From Candidatus Bathyarchaeota archaeon (lineage in GTDB: Archaea > Thermoproteota > Bathyarchaeia > TCS64), in contig JBDRQD010000062.1 of the NCBI GenBank assembly GCA_043826455.1, positions 1 to 30,436 on the forward strand: DNA of 30,436 bases. The letters are read 5' to 3'. This document shows positions 16,583-26,069 of the stretch, one piece after another. Below the pieces are notes generated by a model. That model worked only from the letters and a program-made list of their open reading frames with translations. It did not search any database and was not told where the DNA came from. The position numbers and the translations under genes were made by a program. Each line of letters begins with the position of its first letter. The stretch's first letter is position 1.

Positions 16583-16974
16583 GCGTAGTCTTCGACACTG
16601 AGCCGCTGCTCGCCTTCTACAGAGGGGAGGAGGGGGACGCGGTGGTCGAGGGGTTCCTGGATCAGGTGGTTGATGGCAGCGTCGAGGCATACATCAGCGT
16701 AGTGAACCTTACTGAGCTGTACTACATCCTGCACAGGTACAGCCCGGAGGCCGCGGAGGAGAAGACCCGTAACCTGAGAGCCTTCGGGGTGAAGGTTGTG
16801 CCCGTCCTCGACGACGGCTTGTGGAAGTTGGCGGCCGAGATTAAGAGCGGGCACCCGATGAGCCTGGCAGACGCCTACGCCGCCGCAACGGCTCAGGTGA
16901 CCGGCTCGAAGCTGGTGGTGGGAAGGGACGCGGAGTTCAGAGGCCTACCTCTAGAGATAATAAGAATATCGTAG
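16579..16974 (+). CDS. vapC: PIN-domain toxin (VapC), probable CTG start (131 aa)
   Basis: The frame reads (L/M)SVVFDTEPLLAFY...ISVVNLTELYY...MSLADAYAAATA...LVVGRDAEF. The first PIN Asp lies upstream of the ORF-track GTG at 16642. Confidence 0.85.
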   Translation: MSVVFDTEPLLAFYRGEEGDAVVEGFLDQVVDGSVEAYISVVNLTELYYILHRYSPEAAEEKTRNLRAFGVKVVPVLDDGLWKLAAEIKSGHPMSLADAYAAATAQVTGSKLVVGRDAEFRGLPLEIIRIS

Positions 16975-17123
16975 GGTTGGGTGATTCAAAGCAATAAGAA
17001 ACAGTGCTATTCCCATATTGGTCTTGATACTCACGTAAACTCGCAGAGTAGGAATATAGTATTACGCTGATGTGTTCATTATGGCTATCATCGAGCATTC
17101 ATTTGGGGAGAAAAGTGAAATTA

Positions 17124-18296
17124 TTATGAATTAATTGGGTCCACAGCCATAATCGTGTATAGTATAGCCGCGGCGATGCTGAGTAGGCCCAGTGTTCCCA
17201 GAGCCCCGTAACCGTGGGAAAGCAGCAGAAACCCGCCCAGGAGAGTGCCTACCGTGGCGCCCGCGCTCAGGGCGATGGAGTTCAGCGACATCACCGAGCC
17301 CCTCAGCGAAGGCACCTGCTCCAGAGTCAGGCTCTCCGAGGCCGTGTACCTCATAGAGGAGACCACGCACCCCAGGAACAGCAGCGCAGCTGAGACCAGG
17401 GGCGCAGAGACATTCAAATACGCCAGCATCAGCAGGCCCAGGGCGAAGGAGGAGTAAACGGCCAGCCGCTTACGCCCTAGCCTGCCCACGAAGCGGCCCC
17501 CCATCAGGCTGCCGGCCATGAAGCTGATGGAGGTGCCCACAAGAATCAGCCAGGAAAGGCTGAGGGGAAGCTGGGTGATCTGCCTCATATATGTTACCCC
17601 GAAGACGGGTGTGACCGTCCACGCGGCCTCCGTTAGTACAGCACAGAGGATGCACGACACGGCCGACCTGTTGGAGAGTATCTCCCTGAAACCGCTGACA
17701 ACACTAGTCTGACCTGATCCGCCCTGAGCGCCTGTCCTCGGCACAGCCACATAGACTAGGAGGATAGCAACTAGGGCGAAGGGGAGGGCGAATAACAGGA
17801 AGTTGGTTTTCCACCCCCAGAGGCCCGCTATGAAGGTGATATATGAGGAGCCAAATAGAACGCAGAGAGCCATCCCTGCGAAGAACCAGCTGATAATCTT
17901 CGCCCGCTCATTCTCCGGTAAAAGGTTACCCACGAGGGCGCCGGCCATGGGGTTCACCATGGAGGCGGCTATCCCAATAAGGGAAAAAGCCACGAGCATT
18001 GTCGAGAAGTCTGGAGCCAGGTAGCTGCCCACGAAGGAAGCCGCATAGAAGGATAGCCCCACGAGCATCAGCGACCTGTAACTGTACTTGATGGCGAGGA
18101 AGCTCATCGCGACTCCAATGACCATGGAGACGGTGAATACGGCCGTGGACAGTTGTCCCGCGACGCCTATGGGCACGTTGAACGTGTCCGCGATCTCTAT
18201 GAGGAGGAGGGCTGTGATCAGGCCATGAGGCTGCGCAGCCACCCTCGACAGGACGAAGGCCGGTATAACGAGTCTGGAGGTTTTTGTCTCATCCAA
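17124..18296 (-). CDS. MFS transporter
   Basis: About 12 hydrophobic segments, IADTFNVPIGVAGQL, and the motif-A-like GGRFVGRLGRKR. TTG start. Confidence 0.88.
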   Translation of the reverse strand: MDETKTSRLVIPAFVLSRVAAQPHGLITALLLIEIADTFNVPIGVAGQLSTAVFTVSMVIGVAMSFLAIKYSYRSLMLVGLSFYAASFVGSYLAPDFSTMLVAFSLIGIAASMVNPMAGALVGNLLPENERAKIISWFFAGMALCVLFGSSYITFIAGLWGWKTNFLLFALPFALVAILLVYVAVPRTGAQGGSGQTSVVSGFREILSNRSAVSCILCAVLTEAAWTVTPVFGVTYMRQITQLPLSLSWLILVGTSISFMAGSLMGGRFVGRLGRKRLAVYSSFALGLLMLAYLNVSAPLVSAALLFLGCVVSSMRYTASESLTLEQVPSLRGSVMSLNSIALSAGATVGTLLGGFLLLSHGYGALGTLGLLSIAAAILYTIMAVDPINS

Positions 18297-18526
18297 TTCT
18301 TATACTCTTCTTTCAGCGTTTCGAGGTGCCATCCATCCTGCTTCAGGGAGAGGTTGCGGCTTCATGGTTTAGTTCCCTATGCGAAGATGGTGAATGAGGT
18401 GTACTTGATATTATTCATGGGTCGAATAGTAATTCTCCCTAGTTTTTAATATTGCATATTATGAGGACAGCGGTTTTGACATCGAAACCTATATACCATC
18501 CATATCGCTAGTGAAATAGTGAGGCT

Positions 18527-18691
18527 ATGCTGGGTCTACTACTAATCCCGCTGATGGCGCTCATCGGGGTGCTGTTCTTACTCTCAGCCATATTAATAGG
18601 AGTGTCCTTTACCCTGGGGCTGGCCGTTACCCTCAGCACCATACCCCTGAAGTTGGTGCTGGGGGTCATCAGGGCCATCTTTAGACTGTAG
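18527..18691 (+). CDS. Small hydrophobic membrane protein (54 aa), absent from the ORF track
   Basis: Translates as MLGLLLIPLMALIGVLFLLSAILIGVSFTLGLAVTLSTIPLKLVLGVIRAIFRL. GTGAGG lies just upstream and TATATA at about 18490. Confidence 0.65.
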   Translation: MLGLLLIPLMALIGVLFLLSAILIGVSFTLGLAVTLSTIPLKLVLGVIRAIFRL

Positions 18692-18753
18692 TGGCTATAT
18701 TCTCAGAGTTTATATATCATCAGGTAGTTTGCACTGAGACGCAGGGTTATCCC

Positions 18754-19950
18754 ATGATTGAAGTGATAGGGCTCGTAGCGGCCTTCGCCATCATCTTCAT
18801 CCTAAGAACCAGGGACGTGGAGTTCTACGTCTCCATAACCGTGGCCGCCATCATCATCGGGCTAACCTCAGGCAAACCCGCCACCATCATCTTCGAGGTG
18901 CTCCTACAGACCGTGAGCAAACCCGCCACCTGGACCCTATGCGCGGCCGTGGGCCTCATAACCGTCCTCGGCTACGCCCTCAAGGAGACGGGCCTCATGG
19001 TCCGCTTCATAGACGCCCTGAGTGGCAGGCTCCCCAGTAACGTGCTCCTGGCCACCATACCCGCCCTCTTCGGGTTCCTCAGCATGCCGGGCGGCGCCCT
19101 CATGTCCGCGCCCTTCATAGAGCCCGAGGCCGAGAGGCTGGGCCTCCAGCCGGAGCACAAGACCTACTACAACGTCTGGTTCAGGCACCTCCTCTACTGG
19201 ACGAACCCCATCACCTCCAGCACCATCATGGCGGTGACCCTGGGCGGGTTCACCGTGAGCCAGTGGCTGAGGGTCCAGTTCCCCCTCTTCTTCGTCATGG
19301 TGGCCATAGGCCTCTGGATAAGCAGGGACTTCATTCTGAGGAAGGCGTCCCGGGAGACGAAGACGCCCCTCACCCTGGGCAGCGTCAAGGGTGTGGTCCC
19401 CATCCTGCTCTCTGTAGCCTTGACCATAGCGGGGGTCGAGGCCTGGATAGGGCTGGTGGCCGGCATCCTGCTGACGCTGTTCCTCGGCGGCGCCCAGCCC
19501 GGAAAGTACGTCGAGTCCTTCGTCAGGGGGGTGAGGTGGGAGATCATCCTGTCCGTCGTGTCCATGCTTTACCTCAGGGACATCATTCTTGCCTCGGGGA
19601 GCGTAACCAGCCTCTTCCAGTCCATACTGGGCTCTGGGGTGCCCCTCCTGGCCGTGCTGGTGGTGGTGCCCCTCATCATAGGCGCCATCTCCGGGTCCCC
19701 CGCCATGGGCATAGGCATCAGCTTCCCCCTTCTCCTGCCTCTGCTGGGCGAGCCCAACATCCACCTCACCAGCATCATCTTCGTGGGCATAACCAGCGCC
19801 TACCTGGCTTCCCCCATCCACCTCTGCCTGGTCCTCAGCAACAGCTACTTCAAGTCCGACGTCAACAAGGTCATCAGGTACCTGGCCCCCAGCAGCGCCG
19901 CCCTCTACATCGCGGGCGTCCTCTACCACCTGGCCCTCAACATGCTGTGA
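18754..19950 (+). CDS. DUF401 family multi-pass membrane protein (ion-transporter superfamily-like)
   Basis: Motifs MPGGALMSAP, NVWFRH, SPIHLCLVLS..YF. TTTATATA at about 18709 supports ATG 18754. Confidence 0.82.
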   Translation: MIEVIGLVAAFAIIFILRTRDVEFYVSITVAAIIIGLTSGKPATIIFEVLLQTVSKPATWTLCAAVGLITVLGYALKETGLMVRFIDALSGRLPSNVLLATIPALFGFLSMPGGALMSAPFIEPEAERLGLQPEHKTYYNVWFRHLLYWTNPITSSTIMAVTLGGFTVSQWLRVQFPLFFVMVAIGLWISRDFILRKASRETKTPLTLGSVKGVVPILLSVALTIAGVEAWIGLVAGILLTLFLGGAQPGKYVESFVRGVRWEIILSVVSMLYLRDIILASGSVTSLFQSILGSGVPLLAVLVVVPLIIGAISGSPAMGIGISFPLLLPLLGEPNIHLTSIIFVGITSAYLASPIHLCLVLSNSYFKSDVNKVIRYLAPSSAALYIAGVLYHLALNML

Positions 19951-19994
19951 AGGTAACCCCTTTAACCGCTGCCACCGATCCATGATCGGTTCCC

Positions 19995-21029
19995 TTGGGC
20001 GTCCCCCTAACACCCATAATAGTCAAGAAGACCCTGACACTGGGCGACCTCAAGGGCAGGAGCTTCGCCGTGGACGCCTTCAACGTCCTCCACCAGTTCC
20101 TGGCCCTCATCAGGACCCGGGACGGGACTCCCCTCATGGACCGGGACGGCCGCGTGACCAGCCACCTGGTGGGCCTGGCCTTCAGGACCACCAGACTCAT
20201 CTCAGACTACGGGATGAGGCTGGTCTTCGTATTCGACGGCAGGCCGCCTGCGCTCAAGTCCGGCGAGGTGGAGAAGAGGCGGGAGGCCAGGAGGAAGGCC
20301 GAGCATGAGTACCAGGAGGCTTTGAGCAGGGGCGACGTGGCGGAGGCCTACTCCAAGGCCGTGATGACCGGAAGGCTTACAAGTGAAGCCCTGGGGGACG
20401 CCAAGAGGCTCCTCACCCTGCTCGGGATACCCTGGGTCCAGGCCCCGGGGGAAGGCGAGGCCCAGGCTGCGTACATGGCCAGGGTTGGTCACGTGTGGGC
20501 GTCCAACAGCAGGGACTATGACTCTCTCCTCTTCGGGACCCCAAGGCTGGTCAGGTACCTCACCATAGGCGGAGAGGAGTGGCTGCCCAGCAAGGGCAGG
20601 GCCCGCAAGCTGGAGCCAGAGCTCATAGACCTGGAGACGCTACTGGGCCACCTTGAGATAACTCGGGAGCAGCTCATCGACCTATCCATCCTAGTGGGCA
20701 CCGACTTCAACCTCGGCGTCAAAGGAATAGGGCCCAAGACGGCCCTCAAGCTCATCAGGAAGCACGGCTCACTTGAGGCCCTCCCCGAGGAAATCCTGGA
20801 GAGGGTTCCCCCACAGTACAACGAGGTCAGGTCCACCTACCTTGAACCGGATGTGACCGCCGAGTACATTGTGCGCCCAGGTAAGTTGCAGGAGGAGGAG
20901 CTACGAGCCTTCCTGTGCGACGAGAGAAGCTTCTCGATGGACCGCGTAGACACACTCATCGAGAGGATGAGGCAGGCCGGAAGGCAGCGGAGCCTCAGCG
21001 ACTACATTGGAGGATATGCGGATGCCTGA
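19995..21029 (+). CDS. fen: Flap endonuclease 1
   Basis: MGV start (TTG), AVDAFN.L.QFL..IR..DG.PL, VFVFDG, APGEGEAQAA, DYDSLLFG, GTDFN.GVKGIGPKTA, and a C-terminal PIP-like QRSLSDY. Confidence 0.95.
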   Translation: MGVPLTPIIVKKTLTLGDLKGRSFAVDAFNVLHQFLALIRTRDGTPLMDRDGRVTSHLVGLAFRTTRLISDYGMRLVFVFDGRPPALKSGEVEKRREARRKAEHEYQEALSRGDVAEAYSKAVMTGRLTSEALGDAKRLLTLLGIPWVQAPGEGEAQAAYMARVGHVWASNSRDYDSLLFGTPRLVRYLTIGGEEWLPSKGRARKLEPELIDLETLLGHLEITREQLIDLSILVGTDFNLGVKGIGPKTALKLIRKHGSLEALPEEILERVPPQYNEVRSTYLEPDVTAEYIVRPGKLQEEELRAFLCDERSFSMDRVDTLIERMRQAGRQRSLSDYIGGYADA

Positions 21030-22611
21030 GACGCCCTTCAGGAAGTTAGCGGACCTGGCTCACAGCTTGGAGTCCACCTCCAGCAGGAAGGAGAAGACCA
21101 GCCTCATCTCTAAGCTCCTCAGAGACCTTGAGCCGGAGGAGGTGAGCCCCGCCGTCCTCCTCCTCGTAGGCACCATATTCCCCGAGTTCGACCCCCGGAG
21201 CCTGGACGTAGGCTGGAGGACCGTCCAGAGGGTGCTGGAGGGGGGAGGCCAGACCACCCTCTTCAGGAAGAGCCTCACCATAGGCCAGGTCCACGCCACC
21301 CTCTCAGACGTGGCCCAGAGGTCCGGCCCAGGCTCCAGACGGGTGAAGGAGCAGCTCATAGAGGGCCTCCTCACCTCCGCTGACCGGGAGGAAGCTGGCA
21401 TCTTGGTCCGCATCATCTTCGGGGAGATGAGGATAGGCGTCAACGAGGGAGTGATGCTGGAGGCGGTCGCAGAGGCCTCGGGGGCTCCATTGCCGGTGGT
21501 GAGGCGCGCCCTCATGATGACGGGGAACCTGGGCAAGGTTGCACGGATCGCCATGACGGAGGGCGAGACGGGCCTGAGGTCCCTGGAGGCCACCCTCTTC
21601 GTGCCCCTGAAGCCCATGCTGGCCAACATGGCCCAGGACCCAGAGGAGGCCCTGAAGGAGCACGGCGGCGAGACCGCCTTCGAGTACAAGTACGACGGCG
21701 CCAGGATCCAGATCCACAGACGAGGCGGCGAGGTGAGGGTGTTCAGCAGGAGGCTGTCAGACGTCACCAAGAGCCTTCCCGACGTGGTGGACCTGGTGAA
21801 GGAAAGGGTCAGTGGCGGTGACCTGATCTTGGAGGGTGAGGTGGTGGCCGTGGGGGCGAACCAGAGGCCCCTGCCCTTCCAGGACCTCATGAGGCGGTTC
21901 ACCAGGGTCACCGATGTCCAAGAAACAGCGGAGATGATCCCTCTAAGGCTGTATCTCTTCGACGTCCTGTACCTGGACGGCGAGCTCCTCATCGACGAGC
22001 CGTACAGCAGGCGCTGGGAGACCCTGGAGGGCTTGGCTCCACGCGAGCTCCTCGCCAGGCGAATCGTAACCTCCGACCCAGCCGAGGTTCACAGGATGCT
22101 GGAGGAGGCACTGGCCGAGGGCCACGAGGGCCTCATGGCCAAGCGCCTAGACAGCCCCTACACGCCGGGCTCCAGGGGCAAGGCATGGTACAAGATCAAG
22201 GCCGCCGAGACCCTGGACGTGGTCATCGCCGCCGCCGACTGGGGCTCAGGCAGGCGGAGGGGCTGGCTCAGCAACTACCACCTGGCCGTCTGGAGCGGGG
22301 ACGAGGCGATGGTGATCGGCAAGACCTTCAAGGGGCTCACGGACGAGGAGTTCAGGTGGATGACCGAGCGGCTCCAGACCCTGAAGACAGGGGAGTCGGA
22401 CTATACGGTCCATGTGAGGCCTGAGCTGGTGGTGGAGGTTGCCTTTAACGAGATCCAGAGGAGCCCCCACTACAGGAGCGGCTACGCCCTAAGGTTCGCC
22501 AGGGTCACGCGGATAAGGGAAGACAAGGGCCCCCGGGATGCTGACACCCTGGGGAAGGTAGAGGAGCTGTACGAGAGGCAGTTCATGTACAAGGACAGGG
22601 GCGACTTCTAG
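21022..22611 (+). CDS. lig: ATP-dependent DNA ligase
   Basis: KPMLA, EYKYDGAR.Q.H, LEGE, LFDVLY, EGLMAK, W.KIK, LRFAR..RIR.DK. GGAGG at 21009-21013; start is 21016 or 21022; overlaps fen. Confidence 0.93.
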   Translation: MPETPFRKLADLAHSLESTSSRKEKTSLISKLLRDLEPEEVSPAVLLLVGTIFPEFDPRSLDVGWRTVQRVLEGGGQTTLFRKSLTIGQVHATLSDVAQRSGPGSRRVKEQLIEGLLTSADREEAGILVRIIFGEMRIGVNEGVMLEAVAEASGAPLPVVRRALMMTGNLGKVARIAMTEGETGLRSLEATLFVPLKPMLANMAQDPEEALKEHGGETAFEYKYDGARIQIHRRGGEVRVFSRRLSDVTKSLPDVVDLVKERVSGGDLILEGEVVAVGANQRPLPFQDLMRRFTRVTDVQETAEMIPLRLYLFDVLYLDGELLIDEPYSRRWETLEGLAPRELLARRIVTSDPAEVHRMLEEALAEGHEGLMAKRLDSPYTPGSRGKAWYKIKAAETLDVVIAAADWGSGRRRGWLSNYHLAVWSGDEAMVIGKTFKGLTDEEFRWMTERLQTLKTGESDYTVHVRPELVVEVAFNEIQRSPHYRSGYALRFARVTRIREDKGPRDADTLGKVEELYERQFMYKDRGDF

Positions 22612-23192
22612 TCTCGCCTCGTAAGAGCACTGAGCCTGTCCAGGATGGATGCCCCCAGGCTCTCGCCTGAGGGAATCCTCACGCCCGTCCCGTCCTCGCC
22701 TCTCCTGATCCGGTTGAGCTTCCTCTCAACCAGCTGGTACTCCACCAGGAGGTACAGCATCGACAGGAGGCCCCCCAGGAGCAGCCACCAGCTCAGGCTG
22801 GTCACGTGGAAGGTGTAGCCGAAGGGCAGCCGTACGCCGCCCAGGACGAGGCCGACCCCGGCGAAGACCACCGACGCTATGGTGAAGTAGTACACGATGT
22901 GGGCCTTCCTCTCCAGCAGGTTCCTCTGCAACTTCACGTCGTCGATGCTCAGGAGCCTCTGCTTCCACTTCTCCCCGAAGCCCATGACCTCCACGGCCTC
23001 CGGGTCCAGGTCTATGATGCCCTTCATGCTCCGGACGAACTCCTCGTTCTCCACCACCATGTTGGCCCTCTGGGCCTCCTTGTAGGACTCGAACCTGGCC
23101 TCGAACTTGTCGTCGAAGGACAGCCTGAATATGAGGGCGTGGCTGACAGACATCGCGACGGCTAACAGGATCAGGATGTAGGGCTCTAACAC
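22608..23192 (-). CDS. Hypothetical membrane protein (TM, helical linker, 2 TM), paralog B
   Basis: Hydropathy pattern; similar to 23227..23742. Confidence 0.78.
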   Translation of the reverse strand: MLEPYILILLAVAMSVSHALIFRLSFDDKFEARFESYKEAQRANMVVENEEFVRSMKGIIDLDPEAVEVMGFGEKWKQRLLSIDDVKLQRNLLERKAHIVYYFTIASVVFAGVGLVLGGVRLPFGYTFHVTSLSWWLLLGGLLSMLYLLVEYQLVERKLNRIRRGEDGTGVRIPSGESLGASILDRLSALTRRD

Positions 23193-23226
23193 TCCAATGA
23201 ATGAAGACGACTCTATCCATAAAAAC

Positions 23227-23742
23227 CTAAGGAGGGCTAAGCAGCCCTCTCTCGGTCTCCCTCAGGGACGTGTCGAGGCGCCTGTAGAAGACGTGGTAAA
23301 GGGCTAGAAGCGCCGATGCGAAGAGGGTGAACCCCCACCCTATGGTCGCCGGCGTGACGCTGAACCCGGCCAGCTCAACCAGGGCCACCGGGTAGACGAA
23401 GTGCAGGGCCGCGTGCATCAAGCCGAAGATGAGCATGTAGTAGATGAACCTGATGTGGCCGTCCATCCTCTCCCTCTCCGCGTTCAAGGTGTTGAGGACG
23501 GCCAGCCTCTTCCTCCACAGCTCCCCGAACTGGATCAGCTCCTCCGGCTCCTCCCCCGACTCGATGCTGCCCCGGAGCTTCTCCTCCATCTCCCTGTTGG
23601 CCTGCAGCATCCTCTCCCTGAGGCTTCTCTTGGCCTCGGTGAACCGGTCCCTGAACTCTGCGCCGTAGAAGGACCGGAAGATGTATTGGGTGGCCAACGC
23701 CACGAGGACCGTGGTGATCATCAGCGCGTAGGCGTCCATCAA
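23227..23742 (-). CDS. Hypothetical membrane protein (TM, helical linker, 2 TM), paralog A
   Basis: Hydropathy pattern; shares FGE.W..RL and (I/V)YY with the downstream gene. Start is TTG 23742 or ATG 23739. Confidence 0.78.
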   Translation of the reverse strand: MMDAYALMITTVLVALATQYIFRSFYGAEFRDRFTEAKRSLRERMLQANREMEEKLRGSIESGEEPEELIQFGELWRKRLAVLNTLNAERERMDGHIRFIYYMLIFGLMHAALHFVYPVALVELAGFSVTPATIGWGFTLFASALLALYHVFYRRLDTSLRETERGLLSPP

Positions 23743-23816
23743 CCTGTCTGTTATGTCCGAAAATATGTTAAAAAGAGTTTGTAGTAGAAAATCAATGAAA
23801 AATGTGGTTGGGGCGC

Positions 23817-25244
23817 CTAGGCGTCCTTGAGCTGGTCCAGCGGAGGCTTAAGGTCCAGGGGTATGGGTGGCTTGTACTCGCGGCCCGCCAGCTTCTCCAC
23901 CCACTCGTCCTTCACCTTCCGCAGGAGCTCCGGCTTGGTGAGGAGCTCCAATGCGCAGGCGGCGTGGACCTTGGTGCTGAAGATGAGGCCCTTGTGGCCT
24001 ATGCTCATGCCGTTCTGGGCCACGAACTGCCAGCTGTGGCCCGGGGTGCCCAGCATGCTGCACGTGGTGCTGAACTCCACTGTGGGCACCACCCAGCTCA
24101 CGTCGCTGACGTCGGTGCTTCCGGCCCCCACCATCCCGGCCCTGTAGTCGTCTAGGACGCGCTCGTCGAAGTGGACGTCCCGGAGCTTCTCCCAGCCCGG
24201 CCTGTTACTCTTCTGGAGGCTGTTCATCTTCTTGTCGACGTCGATGGTCTCGGCCATCTTCTCGGCGAACTTGAGGTCCTCGTCGCTGAACCGGGGGGCC
24301 CCTATGAGCCTCATCTGCTCCACCACTAGCTCCGAGAGGGCCTTGACGGGCAGCGTGTTGTAGCAGCCCGTCAGGAACTCGACCTTGTGGGTGGTCCTGG
24401 CCATGAGGTCCGCGCCCTTCACTATGTCCATGACCCAGGCGTATATCTCGTCCACCTGGGCCCTCTCGGGGGCGCGGACGTAGTACCAGGTCCTGGCGTA
24501 GGCGGGGACCACGTTGGGCTGGCCTCCGCACGACTCGTGGATGTAGTGGACGCGGGCCTTCTCGATGATGTGCTCGCGCATGAAGTTGACGCCGTTGCTC
24601 ATGAGCTCCACGGCGTCCAGGGCGCTGATCCCGTTCTCAGGGTCCCCGGCGCTGTGGGCCGTGCGGCCGTAGAAGTGGACCTTGAAGCTGTTCATGGAGT
24701 TGCTGCTGCCCGTGCCGGCGGTGTTGGCGCTGCCCGGGTGGTGGGCCAGCACGGCGTCCACGCCCTTGAAGAGGCCGTGGCGCACCATCCACACCTTGCC
24801 CACCAGGGTCTCCTCGGCGGGGCACCCGTACACCTTGACTGTGCCCTTGATCTTGTGCTCCGTCATGGCCGTCTTCAGGGCGATGCCCGCGGCTACCGCC
24901 CCGGCGCCGTAGATGTTGTGGCCGCAGCCGTGGCCGGGGGCCCCCTCCTTTATGGGCTCCTTCCAGGGGACGGCCTTCTGGCTGATGCCCGCCAGGGCGT
25001 CCAGCTCGCCCAGGATGCCTATGGTGGGGCCCTTGCCGTTGCTCCAGGATGCCACGAAGGCGGTGGGCATCTCGGCGACGCCCCTCTCCACCTTGAACCC
25101 GTGCTTCTCTGCGATGTCCGAGAGGTACTTGCCTGTCTTGTGCTCCAGGAGGCCCAGCTCAGCGAACTCCCAGACCTTGTCGCTCCACTCTATGATCTTC
25201 TTCTCGTTCTCGTCAACCCACTGAAAAGCGGTTTCCTTCAACAT
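23817..25244 (-). CDS. M20 family amidohydrolase, AbgB-like (p-aminobenzoyl-glutamate hydrolase subunit B-like)
   Basis: MPTAFVA, LGELDALAG.SQ, GHGCGHN, GCPAEE, GKVWM.R.G.F, QPNVVP, GSTDVSDVSWVVPT, PGHSWQ. Confidence 0.88.
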   Translation of the reverse strand: MLKETAFQWVDENEKKIIEWSDKVWEFAELGLLEHKTGKYLSDIAEKHGFKVERGVAEMPTAFVASWSNGKGPTIGILGELDALAGISQKAVPWKEPIKEGAPGHGCGHNIYGAGAVAAGIALKTAMTEHKIKGTVKVYGCPAEETLVGKVWMVRHGLFKGVDAVLAHHPGSANTAGTGSSNSMNSFKVHFYGRTAHSAGDPENGISALDAVELMSNGVNFMREHIIEKARVHYIHESCGGQPNVVPAYARTWYYVRAPERAQVDEIYAWVMDIVKGADLMARTTHKVEFLTGCYNTLPVKALSELVVEQMRLIGAPRFSDEDLKFAEKMAETIDVDKKMNSLQKSNRPGWEKLRDVHFDERVLDDYRAGMVGAGSTDVSDVSWVVPTVEFSTTCSMLGTPGHSWQFVAQNGMSIGHKGLIFSTKVHAACALELLTKPELLRKVKDEWVEKLAGREYKPPIPLDLKPPLDQLKDA

Positions 25245-25292
25245 TGATCAAGGATGAATAGCTGCCGATGAGGTTTTAAAACCATCCACGGC

Positions 25293-25850
25293 TCAGCCCG
25301 CGAGCCTACCCTTCACGGCTCTGTCCAGGAAGAGGCCCAGCCATATGGTGACGGCCCCCTGAACCACATTGAAGGCCGCTATCAGAGGAAGAAGGCCGAT
25401 GGTCGCCTCCATGGGGACCCCGTAGAAGTTAGGAAGAACATAGAGGTTGGTGAAAGTCATGACTATTATCCGTGAGGCTATGCCCGCCGCGGAAGAGAAC
25501 GCCATCCACCTCGCGTCGAGGGCTCTACCTGCTGCCATCCTAAGCCCTAAGTGGAGCCCCACCACCGTGGAGAGCTCGGCCAGCGTCTTTATTGCCGCTG
25601 ATAACAGGTTTCCGCTCCTGGCGAAGATGCCTAGGCCAGCCACCATGGAGGTCACCACGGAGGAGTCCAGACCGTACATGAGGAGGCTAAGCACGATGGG
25701 CACCCCCGTGAAGTCGAACTTCATGTTCGGGTACCACGGGAAGGGTATCTTCAGCCCCGAGTACTTCAGGGCGTAGTCAAAGACCAGCACTAGAGCCGCC
25801 AGTATCGAGGTCCCCATGAGCTTAGCTGTTCGGGTGCGCGGAGTCTCCAT
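25293..25850 (-). CDS. ECF transporter substrate-binding (S) component
   Basis: 185 aa with about 6 TM, N-terminal ILAAL (AxxxA-like), IPFP..P.MKFDF..VP, RII.M...N...LP.FY, FNVVQG. Confidence 0.82.
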   Translation of the reverse strand: METPRTRTAKLMGTSILAALVLVFDYALKYSGLKIPFPWYPNMKFDFTGVPIVLSLLMYGLDSSVVTSMVAGLGIFARSGNLLSAAIKTLAELSTVVGLHLGLRMAAGRALDARWMAFSSAAGIASRIIVMTFTNLYVLPNFYGVPMEATIGLLPLIAAFNVVQGAVTIWLGLFLDRAVKGRLAG

Positions 25851-26069
25851 GCGGTTGCACCAGTCAACATGACCCTTAGCGCGCAGTCATAATTTAAAAT
25901 GGCGCCCGGATCGCCCTATTTCAGGTAGCAGTTGAGTACCTTTCCTCAGTTCACCGGGGGACAGGTTCACCTGCCCAACACATTTAAAAGAGGTAGGTGA
26001 AGGATACGTTCTAGTGATGGATGTGCATCAACTCCAATATCAGCGGGCGGAGTCGACGACCTCCGCAGA

